A stretch of DNA of 63,860 nucleotides, filler included, from Actinomycetota bacterium (GTDB taxonomy: Bacteria > Actinomycetota > Acidimicrobiia > IMCC26256 > VFJJ01): the NCBI GenBank assembly GCA_009886115.1. It is 5 parts of 5 records of this genome, joined end to end, with 100 filler letters (N's around TTAATTAATTAA, not from the genome) between each part and the next. Parts side by side here need not be neighbours in the genome. Positions count along the whole stretch, not along the records: positions 34,181 to 49,390 come from VFJJ01000106.1; positions 49,491 to 63,860 come from VFJJ01000177.1; 3 more parts are not named here. The stretch is one strand, 5' to 3'. Below, in pieces: positions 48,225 to 56,244 of this stretch. Each line of letters opens with the position of its first letter. Positions within the stretch are counted from its first letter, which is position 1. Under the pieces are notes generated by a model, which saw only the letters and a list, made by a program, of their open reading frames with translations, was not told the origin of the DNA and made no database searches. The translations under genes were made by a program, and so were the position numbers.

Positions 48225-48452
48225 TCAGCTCCCTGTCTCGTCGGTCGCGCCTGAACCCCGGGTGCGTCCACGGTGCCAGGCCTCGACGTCGGGCCAGGAC
48301 CAGACCATCGCCTGACGCAGCTGCGCGACCGGGGCCGGGAAGTCGGGGTAGCGGCGACGCCAGGAATGCACGGTCTGGACGTGGCCGTCGGCCAGGCGCT
48401 CAGCGATCTCTGCGGCTCCCACGAGGTGCGACACGTCGACTCTCCTGCCCAC
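48225..48452 (-). CDS. AlpA/excisionase-like helix-turn-helix protein
   Basis: LVGAAEIAERL...QTVHSWRRRYPDFPAPV...VWSWPDVEAW. Confidence 0.75.
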   Translation of the reverse strand: MGRRVDVSHLVGAAEIAERLADGHVQTVHSWRRRYPDFPAPVAQLRQAMVWSWPDVEAWHRGRTRGSGATDETGS

Positions 48453-48570
48453 GGGCCGGGACGCTACGACATCGCCCCGTCAGATTCCTCTTGCATATGG
48501 CCAGATGCAAGCGTACCATCCCCCACAACCCAACGCATACAGCCATATGCACAACACTGGAGGATGCCCC

Positions 48571-48966
48571 ATGACCAAGCCCACGACCCTCGTCGACGTC
48601 CCCCGCTGGCTCAACCTGTCGGCCCTGCTCGACGTCGAGGTCGCCGAGCGCTACGCGGCCCTGGCCGTCGAGCTCGGCCCGGTCGTCGAGCTGCTCGAGA
48701 CGCTCGCCCCGCGGGTGTACGAGGAGGATTGCCGGCTCGACCTGGCGGTCGGGTACCTGCCCGAAGCCGTGTACGGGGAGGTCCGCCGGGTCATCGCCGG
48801 CCAGGTTGCCGCACTCATCCGCCGGGCCGCGGTCGCGGTGTGCACGGTGTTCGAGGGTGACCCGGGCGAGTTCGCACCGTGGCGGGCCGAGATCCGCGAC
48901 GACCTCGGCCTCGCCCCGTCGGCGTGGGACCGGATCGACGGGGACGCGACCGATGCTGCTCTCTGA
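48571..48966 (+). CDS. Hypothetical protein in the mobile element
   Basis: GGAGG RBS, ATG 48571 and GC-rich third codon positions. Confidence 0.7.
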   Translation: MTKPTTLVDVPRWLNLSALLDVEVAERYAALAVELGPVVELLETLAPRVYEEDCRLDLAVGYLPEAVYGEVRRVIAGQVAALIRRAAVAVCTVFEGDPGEFAPWRAEIRDDLGLAPSAWDRIDGDATDAAL

Positions 48967-49324
48967 CGCCTCCCGCCGAGCACTGAACCACGGGCGTCGC
49001 GCCGGCCTCCTCGCCCCGCTCACCGCGGCGAACTACTCCTCGAACATGAGAGGAGCGGTCACCGATCTCGGCGATCCGGAACTCCGCCAGCTCCGGCGCC
49101 GGGAGGTCTCGCAATGGGTGCTCGCTGGTGAGCTCAGCGTCGCATACCGCCGCCGCAAGATCACGGCTCTCCGGTACGTCTGCTCCTGGGCGGTCAACGA
49201 GGGGCACATCTGCTGGTGTTGGGGCCGAGCGCGTACACTTTCGCGCGGAAGTTCGCTGCAACTTTTCGGGCGGTTAGCATCACGAACTTCTCAGAGCCTC
49301 GAAATAGGAGCCGTCTCTAGATGA
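48953..49324 (+). pseudogene. Probable tyrosine-recombinase core-binding (SAM-like) domain lacking the catalytic domain
   Basis: LAPLTAANY...LRQLRRREVSQW...SVAYRRRKITALRYVCSWAVNEGHI matches the helical pattern of Xer/integrase N-domains. The similarity ends near 49210. Confidence 0.5.
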
Positions 49325-49390
49325 CCATTGCCAAGTGGAGCGCCGTGGCGAGCCTGGTCGCCTTCTGCGCGTGCGTATCCCCAGACGAAC

Positions 49391-49490
49391 NNNNNNNNNN
49401 NNNNNNNNNNNNNNNNNNNNNNNNNNNNNNNNNNTTAATTAATTAANNNNNNNNNNNNNNNNNNNNNNNNNNNNNNNNNNNNNNNNNNNN
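49391..49490. other. Artificial contig linker
   Basis: N44-TTAATTAATTAA-N44. Confidence 0.97.
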
Positions 49491-49646
49491 ATCGAAGTGC
49501 GCCGCACCCTCGCCCACGTCCCTGTCCTCGTCTGTGTCGATCGTCCGCGTCGTCGTCCGTCGGCCAGCAACCCCGACGCCCGCAGCTTACGACGACACCA
49601 CCCCACTCCCGTCGGGGGCGGCCTCCCCAAGAGGGTCGACCGACCG

Positions 49647-49736
49647 TCAGCGGGCCAGAAGAATCTGCAGCGCCGACGCGGCCAGGATCACGACCCCGCA
49701 GGCCAACGCCGTGAGAATCAGCTTGCGCGTGCTCAT
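49647..49736 (-). CDS. Possible 29-aa single-TM small protein (MSTRKLILTALACGVVILAASALQILLAR)
   Basis: ATG to TGA frame with a basic N-terminus and one hydrophobic helix. Below the ORF-track length cutoff. Confidence 0.45.
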   Translation of the reverse strand: MSTRKLILTALACGVVILAASALQILLAR

Positions 49737-49752
49737 GCGCCCATGATCGCCG

Positions 49753-51213
49753 ATGCGGCCGGGTCCGGGAGGAACGCGGCATAGACCGTTACCATGGCCG
49801 ATCGGCGCACGTCCGCTCGGGTCGCCTCGCGTTCGCCACCGCCCACACTGCGCCCGTCATCACGCCGAGGAGCTCCCGCTGCGACCGTCCCGCCTACTCG
49901 ATCGGGTCAACGAGAAGAACCCGCTACCGGAAGGGACCCTGGCCGTGGGCGCGGGTCTCGCGATCGGAGGCCTGACCGCCTACACCTTTCTCGCCGTGGC
50001 GAAACGGTCGCTCACCGACGACGCCTACAGCTCGCTCGGTGCGATGTGGGCGTTCGTGTTCCTGGTCGGTCCCGGCTTCTACCTACCCGTGGAGCAGGAG
50101 GTCGGACGGGCGATCTCGGCGCGGCGCGCGCTGGGAATCGGCGGATGGCCGGTCATGCGCAAGGCGGCGGTGCTCGCCGGCGGTCTCGCCGCCGTCCTCC
50201 TGGTGGTGTCGCTGGCCATCTCTCCGATCCTGGTCGACAAGCTCTTCGACCACGAGTGGTGGCTCTTCGCCGGGTTCCTGATCGCGATCGTCACGTTCTC
50301 CGCGATGCATCTCGTTCGGGGCGGGTACTCAGGCAACGGCCATTTCGGTGCCTACGGCTTCATCTTCGGCGCCGAAGGATTCCTCAGGCTGGCCGGGTGC
50401 ATCATCCTCGCGGTCATCGGTGTCGAGCAGGCCGGCCCCTACGGCGTGGTCATGGGGGTCGCACCTCTGGTGACCCTGGTGATCGTCTTGGGGCGCAACC
50501 GTGATTTTCGTCAACCGGGCCCCGAGGCCGACTGGCAGGAGCTCACGGTCGCCCTCTGGTGGCTCCTCGCTGCGTCGGTGTTCGCTCAGCTTCTCGTGAA
50601 TTGTGCTCCCATCGCCGCCAAGCTCCTGGCCGACGACAGCGAGAAGCAGGTTGCCGGACACATCCTGTCGGGCCTCCTGATCGCCCGGATCCCCCTGTTC
50701 TTCTTCCAGGCCGTACAGGCGGCGCTCCTGCCCAAGTTGGCGGCCCAGGCGGCCGAGGGACGCCACGACGACTTCCGCCAGGGTCTCCGTCGACTCACGA
50801 TCGGAGTCGCCGGGGTCGGGGTCATAGGTTCTCTGGTCGCTCTCACGATCGGGCCCACTGTCGTCAAGATCATGTTCGAGAAGGACACGGATCTCACGCG
50901 CACCGATCTGCTCTTCCTCGCCGCGGCCAGCGCCTGCATCATGCTGGGCCTCACCTTCGCCCAGGCGCTCATCGCCCTCGGTTCGCACGCAGCAGCAGCT
51001 GCTGGATGGGGGGCCGGCGTCGTGGCCTGGTTCGTCGTCACCGCGATCCCCAGCGACGACCTGCTGATGCGGGTCGAGCGAGGCTTCCTCTCGGGCACGG
51101 TGATCGCCGCAGCGGCGCTCGGCGCCCTGCTGAGGCAGCGCCTCAAGGGTGTCACCACCGCATCCGCCCAGGACCTCTACGAAGCCGTCGCCCATGAGTT
51201 CGTCGAGCCCTGA
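49753..51213 (+). CDS. Polysaccharide flippase-like (Wzx/MOP) multi-TM protein; true start possibly CTG 49879
   Basis: About 12 TM helices, PVEQEVGR, EGFLRL and ARIPLFFFQAVQAALLP. Heads the glycosyltransferase operon. Confidence 0.75.
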   Translation: MRPGPGGTRHRPLPWPIGARPLGSPRVRHRPHCARHHAEELPLRPSRLLDRVNEKNPLPEGTLAVGAGLAIGGLTAYTFLAVAKRSLTDDAYSSLGAMWAFVFLVGPGFYLPVEQEVGRAISARRALGIGGWPVMRKAAVLAGGLAAVLLVVSLAISPILVDKLFDHEWWLFAGFLIAIVTFSAMHLVRGGYSGNGHFGAYGFIFGAEGFLRLAGCIILAVIGVEQAGPYGVVMGVAPLVTLVIVLGRNRDFRQPGPEADWQELTVALWWLLAASVFAQLLVNCAPIAAKLLADDSEKQVAGHILSGLLIARIPLFFFQAVQAALLPKLAAQAAEGRHDDFRQGLRRLTIGVAGVGVIGSLVALTIGPTVVKIMFEKDTDLTRTDLLFLAAASACIMLGLTFAQALIALGSHAAAAAGWGAGVVAWFVVTAIPSDDLLMRVERGFLSGTVIAAAALGALLRQRLKGVTTASAQDLYEAVAHEFVEP

Positions 51214-52210
51214 GCCCGTGGAACACGATCCCGGCACTGGTGGGAGCCGCACACAACTCGTGTCGGTCGTATCGCCCGTCTACTGCGAGGAGGACGGGAT
51301 CGAGGCCTTCCACGCCCGCCTCGTCGAGACCTTGGAGCACCTCGACGACGGCCTGAGCTTCGAGATCATCTACGTCAACGACGGCAGCACCGATCGCTCG
51401 GGGGCCTTGCTTCGCAAGCTGTGTGTCGACGAGCCTCGAGCCCGGCTCATCGACCTCTCCCGAAACTTCGGCCATCAACTGGCCATCACGGCCGGGGTCG
51501 ACCACGCGTTGGGCGATGCCGTCGTCGTCATCGACTCCGACCTGCAGGATCCCCCCGAGGTCATCCTCGAGATGGTGGAGCGCTGGCGAGCCGGCTCCAA
51601 GGTGGTCTATGGCGTCCGCACCCACCGGGTTGGTGAATCACGGTTCAAGCTGCTGACGGCGCGGTGGTTCTATCGGATCATCAACAGCCTCTCCGATGTG
51701 CAGCTCCCGCCCGACAGCGGCGACTTCCGCCTCATGGATCGCGCCGTGGTCGACGTGCTGTGCACCATGCGGGAAGAGAACCGGTACGTGCGTGGAATGG
51801 TCGCGTGGATCGGCTTCAGCCAGTCCTCGGTCGAGTACGAACGCGACCCCAGGCACGCCGGCGAGACGAAGTTCACCGTGCGCCGGATGGTCCGCTTCGC
51901 CAGCGACGCCATCACCAGCTTCTCCGAGAAGCCCTTGCGCATGGCCACACAGATCGGCACGACCATCACGCTGTTGGCGCTCGTCGTCATCGTGTGGGTG
52001 ACCGTCGGCCAGATCGTCAACCCCGATGACTCGGTCAGAGGGTGGCCGTCGCTCATGGCCGCGGTGCTCTTCCTCGGCGGCGTGCAGCTCCTGTGCGTCG
52101 GCCTTCTCGGCGCCTACATCGGCCGGATCTACCGCGAGAGCAAGGGACGCCCGCTGTACGTCGTCGCCGAGGTCGTCGGAACCCTTGACAACCAGAGCGG
52201 CTCCCCGTGA
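51194..52210 (+). CDS. GT2 GtrB-like polyprenol-phosphate glycosyltransferase
   Basis: NDGSTD, SRNFGHQ, DSDLQDPP, GDFRLMDR and two C-terminal TM helices. Confidence 0.92.
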   Translation: MSSSSPEPVEHDPGTGGSRTQLVSVVSPVYCEEDGIEAFHARLVETLEHLDDGLSFEIIYVNDGSTDRSGALLRKLCVDEPRARLIDLSRNFGHQLAITAGVDHALGDAVVVIDSDLQDPPEVILEMVERWRAGSKVVYGVRTHRVGESRFKLLTARWFYRIINSLSDVQLPPDSGDFRLMDRAVVDVLCTMREENRYVRGMVAWIGFSQSSVEYERDPRHAGETKFTVRRMVRFASDAITSFSEKPLRMATQIGTTITLLALVVIVWVTVGQIVNPDDSVRGWPSLMAAVLFLGGVQLLCVGLLGAYIGRIYRESKGRPLYVVAEVVGTLDNQSGSP

Positions 52211-53109
52211 CCGCGTTGGTGTCGGTCTGCATCCCTGCGTACCGAGCGGAGCGTTTCATCGGGCAGGCGATCCGATCGGTGCTCAACCAGACCCTGACAG
52301 ACTTCGAGCTCATCATCGTCGACGACGCGTCGCCCGACGGCACCTGGGACGTGATCGAGTCGTTCCACGACCATCGAATCGTGGCGTCCCGGAACCCGAG
52401 GAACGTGGGGGCTGCAGCCAACTGGAACGACGTGGTCAGCCGGGCGGCAGGCCGCTACGTCAAGCTGCTCTGCAGCGACGACTGGCTCCGCCCCGACTGC
52501 CTCGCTCGCCAGGTGGCTGTCCTGGCGCAGGACGACCCACACGAAGAGATCTCGCTGGTGAGCGCCCGCCGCGACATCGTCGACGAGGTCGACCGGGTGC
52601 TCCTTGCCGGCCGTGGCCTGGCGACCATGCGCGGACGCGTCCCCGGCGCCGTGGCCGTCAAGACTGTCGTGCGAGGCGGAACCAACCTCATCGGCGAGCC
52701 GTCGACGGCCATGTTCCGAAGATCATTGTTCGATCGCGTCGGCGGTTTCGACCCACGAGCCGCCTACATGATCGACCTCGATTTCTGGCTTCGGCTGCTC
52801 GACCATGGCGACTTCCACGGCATCGAAGACACCCTGGCGGTGTTCCGGGTACAGCGCGGATCGTGGAGCGCCACCATCGCCCATCACCAAGCCGCCCAAG
52901 CGCGAGCATTCTTCCGCAGGCTCGGCCCACGCGGGGAGGCGTGTCGTACGCGACCGGCCTTGGCCCAGCTGACGGTGGCCGATATCCGACTCGGCTGTCT
53001 GAGGGCCACCGGTCTGGGCTATGCCCGCAACGCCTTCTTCGGTCTCCAGGCCGCTCGCGCTCGTCGTTCGTCACGTCCGGTCGGTGCGCCGACGTCTCTC
53101 GTCCGATGA
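52207..53109 (+). CDS. GT2 family glycosyltransferase
   Basis: VSVCIPAY, DDASPD, CSDD, NLIGEP and DLDFWLRL. Confidence 0.9.
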   Translation: MTALVSVCIPAYRAERFIGQAIRSVLNQTLTDFELIIVDDASPDGTWDVIESFHDHRIVASRNPRNVGAAANWNDVVSRAAGRYVKLLCSDDWLRPDCLARQVAVLAQDDPHEEISLVSARRDIVDEVDRVLLAGRGLATMRGRVPGAVAVKTVVRGGTNLIGEPSTAMFRRSLFDRVGGFDPRAAYMIDLDFWLRLLDHGDFHGIEDTLAVFRVQRGSWSATIAHHQAAQARAFFRRLGPRGEACRTRPALAQLTVADIRLGCLRATGLGYARNAFFGLQAARARRSSRPVGAPTSLVR

Positions 53110-53828
53110 CCGTGCCGCGTCTCCTGGTGCTGATTCCCTGCCTGAACGAGGAAGAGGCTGTCGGGGCGGTCATACAACGGGCGACGGCGGTGCTCGATGC
53201 GACCGTTCTCGTGATCGACGACGGCTCGACCGATGGCACGGCTCGCGTCGCCCGCGAGAACGGGGCGGAGGTGGTGCGTCTCCCGTTCAATCTCGGGGTG
53301 GGAGCGGCTATCCGCACCGGGCTCAGGTACGCCTGGCAGAACGGATACGACCATGTCATCCAGATCGACGGCGACGGGCAGCACGATGCGGACGAGGCCC
53401 GCAAGCTTCTCGCCGCCGTCACCGCTGGTGATGTCGACCTGGTGGTGGGTTCACGATTCGGCTCGTCGTACCGGGTCGGACGGTTGCGACGCCTGTGCAT
53501 GCGCTACCTCGCCCGCGTGACGACGAAACGCCTCCGGACGCCCATCACCGATGCCACGAGCGGTTTCCGGGCCTTCGGGCCCCGCGCGGTCGCGCTCTTC
53601 TCGCGGTCCTACCCCTCCGACTACCTTTCTGACACGGTCGAGGCGCTGCTCCTGGCCGCCGACGCCGGCCTTCGAGTCGTCGAGGTCCCGACCCTGATGC
53701 ACCCAAGGCAGGGTGGCGTGCCCTCGGCCAACGCGTGGCGGAGCGCATTCCACCTCGCTCGTCTAATGCTCGTGATCTCGCTCCACCGCTTCCGGCGACC
53801 GCTCACCCCTCGGAGCCCAGATCGCTGA
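53106..53828 (+). CDS. GT2 DPM1-like glycosyltransferase
   Basis: IPCLNEE, DDGSTD, NLGVG, DGDGQH and DATSGFRA. Confidence 0.9.
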   Translation: MTVPRLLVLIPCLNEEEAVGAVIQRATAVLDATVLVIDDGSTDGTARVARENGAEVVRLPFNLGVGAAIRTGLRYAWQNGYDHVIQIDGDGQHDADEARKLLAAVTAGDVDLVVGSRFGSSYRVGRLRRLCMRYLARVTTKRLRTPITDATSGFRAFGPRAVALFSRSYPSDYLSDTVEALLLAADAGLRVVEVPTLMHPRQGGVPSANAWRSAFHLARLMLVISLHRFRRPLTPRSPDR

Positions 53829-53878
53829 TCCGGCGCCCAAGCTGTCGGGGGTTCAGAAGGAAAGGCCCAGGATCACTC

Positions 53879-54232
53879 ATGAAGAACAGGCTCGACGCCT
53901 TCTCGATCATCGTGGCCGTGGCGAACGTCGCTGTCATGGTCGAACTCTTTCGCAGACGCAAGGTGCGTGAGCGCTTCGCGCTGCTCTGGATCGTGGTCGG
54001 GCTCGGGGGCGTCATTCTGGCCGTCGCCCGTCCACTCCTCGATGACCTCTCGCACGAGCTCGGCATCGTCAACGGAACGTCGTTCCTGTTCCTGCTGGCC
54101 TTGCTCTTCTTGATGTTCGTGTGCGTGGCGCTGTCGCTCCAGGTCTCACGGCTGGCCGAACGAACTGAGATCCTCGCCGAGGAGATCGCCCTGATGCGCG
54201 CGCCGACCGACGAAGCGAACGCGAGTCGTTGA
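53879..54232 (+). CDS. DUF2304 family membrane protein
   Basis: RRRKVRERFALLW...LAEEIAL. This family typically lies downstream of a DPM1-like GT2. Confidence 0.82.
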   Translation: MKNRLDAFSIIVAVANVAVMVELFRRRKVRERFALLWIVVGLGGVILAVARPLLDDLSHELGIVNGTSFLFLLALLFLMFVCVALSLQVSRLAERTEILAEEIALMRAPTDEANASR

Positions 54233-54271
54233 GGCTGGACCGCCTCCTCAGCGCGCAGCGTTCTCGCTGGA

Positions 54272-55081
54272 TCAGCGGGTGACGGGCGCGCGATCCGCCC
54301 TGCGGGCCACGATCACGATCGTGTAGCCGAAGAACGAAGGTCTGAGGTTGCCCAGCCAATGGGCGACCCGGCACAGCGGGTCCCATGTCACCCTGGGGAC
54401 CGGAATGGCCCCCGTCAGCTCGATCACGTCGAAACCGGCGTCGGTGATCATCTCGATCATCGTCCGCTGGGTGTAGAACCGGAGGTGGGTCCGATCGAGC
54501 AGCCCGCGCTCCCGGTAGCGGAACCGTCCCGTCAGGAGGGCGAGACGCATCGACCAGTTGGCGATGTTCGGGATGCTGGCGACGAGGGTCCCGTCGACGA
54601 CGAGACGGTCGCGCAGCCTCCGGAGCAACTCATCAGGATCACGCAGGTGCTCGAGCGTGTCGCCGAACAGGAGCAGGTCGTACCGGTCATCGAGCTGGGC
54701 GGTGTCGAAATCCTCGAGGTCACCGACGATGACCCGCTCGCACACCTCGCGGGCCGAGCCCGCAGCCACCGGGTCGAGCTCGATGCCGTGCACCCGCCGA
54801 CCCGCCTGCACGATCGGCGCAGCCAGGTACCCGGACGAGACCCCGCCCTCCAACACCACGTCGCCCGCATCGCTGTGGCGCAACACCGCATCGACGATCA
54901 GCGCATGTCCCCGGTAGCGCACCGCCCGAGGCGGAACGTACGACCCCGCTCGATCCGCGAGCTCTGCGATCGCCCCGAGGTACGGCACCACGGCCTCGGG
55001 CGGCGGGCCCATGGGAACCCCACCTCGCATCGACCGGGTCGCGCAACGCGCCATCCTGCGGCCTCGTGCCTGGGATCTCAT
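54272..55081 (-). CDS. Class I SAM-dependent methyltransferase (glycan-associated); start uncertain
   Basis: VLEGGVSSG, GDTLEHLRDP, SIPN and GLLDRTHLRFYT. Confidence 0.85.
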   Translation of the reverse strand: MRSQARGRRMARCATRSMRGGVPMGPPPEAVVPYLGAIAELADRAGSYVPPRAVRYRGHALIVDAVLRHSDAGDVVLEGGVSSGYLAAPIVQAGRRVHGIELDPVAAGSAREVCERVIVGDLEDFDTAQLDDRYDLLLFGDTLEHLRDPDELLRRLRDRLVVDGTLVASIPNIANWSMRLALLTGRFRYRERGLLDRTHLRFYTQRTMIEMITDAGFDVIELTGAIPVPRVTWDPLCRVAHWLGNLRPSFFGYTIVIVARRADRAPVTR

Positions 55082-56244
55082 GCCTCCGTTGCCTCCACAG
55101 CGGCGGCGCCGACCGCCGGGGACGGCACTCTCGTCCGGTCGATGGCTCGGGCGGCGAGACCACTGGCCAGAATCGCTATCCAGGGCCACCACATCTTGAA
55201 GTAATGGAGGCTCCCAAATTGAATGGCCCCCGCACTGACAGCCCGGAACGACAGATAGAAGACCCAGGCGACGAGCCAGGCCACCGTGGTCACGCCGATC
55301 AACCAGCGACACTGTCGCGGTCCCCTGATCACGGCGAGCACAGCTGCGAAGGGCGCAGCGATGACCCAGAACATGGCCATCAACAACGGTGTACCCCCGT
55401 AGCGGGCACCGCGCAGGAAGGGGCTGACGAACATCCCGAACGCGGCGTCGGGAACCTGAGACAGGCTGTACGACGACAGGGCTTCGTCCGACTTCCCGTC
55501 GTCTCGAAGGTGTAGCGAGTACGGGGTGGTGAATGGGTCACCAAAGGCGTGATCGTGGGCGTAGAGCACCGGGGCGATGAAGAGCAACGCTCCGCATCCG
55601 ACGAGCGCCGCACTCGCTACGACCCGCCGCCACGGCAGGCCGACCAGCGGAGGCAGCGTGAGCGCGCCGAGCCAGAACACGTCGACGTAGCGAGCCGCAA
55701 ACCCCCAGCCGACCAGACACCCGGCAAGCACCCAGGCCCAGGCCGGCCGGCGAGGCGCCGTGGAAAACAGCAACAAGCCCGACGCCGCGACCAGTGAGAC
55801 CGTCGAGTTCCAAGGGACGGTGCAGTACTCGACGAGCGGGGTGGCGAACAGGAGAGCGGCGGGGGCGAGCCAGCCTGCAGTGGGCCCGAACACCCTGCGC
55901 GCCACGACACTGGTCGCCGCCACCGTGAAGATCACCGCGAGCCCGTTGAACAGGAGGTACGGGTCGTAGTCGAAGCCCAGCCAGAGTGACGGCACCCCGA
56001 CGATCGGATATCCCGGGCCATACAGGAAGTCGGCCGCGGGGAGGTCGAAGCTCGAGAGATCCTTGGTCATCTTCAGGTAGGCACCCTGGTCGAAATAGCC
56101 GCGCCACCCTTCCGGGTAGGCGACCCCGGGTCGCTCGGTCTCGATGCCGTAGTGATACGCGAAGTACACCGCAGCGGCCAGGCACACTCCGAACACGATG
56201 CGGTCGCGAACGATCCACCGACCGAGTCGACGCAGGCTTGTCAT
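55078..56244 (-). CDS. GT-C-like multi-TM membrane protein
   Basis: N-terminal TM helix, loop DQGAY...YGPGYP, many TM helices and ARY motif. Confidence 0.65.
   Translation of the reverse strand: MTSLRRLGRWIVRDRIVFGVCLAAAVYFAYHYGIETERPGVAYPEGWRGYFDQGAYLKMTKDLSSFDLPAADFLYGPGYPIVGVPSLWLGFDYDPYLLFNGLAVIFTVAATSVVARRVFGPTAGWLAPAALLFATPLVEYCTVPWNSTVSLVAASGLLLFSTAPRRPAWAWVLAGCLVGWGFAARYVDVFWLGALTLPPLVGLPWRRVVASAALVGCGALLFIAPVLYAHDHAFGDPFTTPYSLHLRDDGKSDEALSSYSLSQVPDAAFGMFVSPFLRGARYGGTPLLMAMFWVIAAPFAAVLAVIRGPRQCRWLIGVTTVAWLVAWVFYLSFRAVSAGAIQFGSLHYFKMWWPWIAILASGLAARAIDRTRVPSPAVGAAAVEATEA

Larger units (their letters stand above)
47857..49390. mobile_element. Left end of a putative integrative element or its remnant
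   Basis: Junction inside the GH38 gene, three TGAGGAC repeats with 11-bp period (47957, 47968, 47979), an AlpA/Xis-like gene and a recombinase fragment. Confidence 0.6.
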
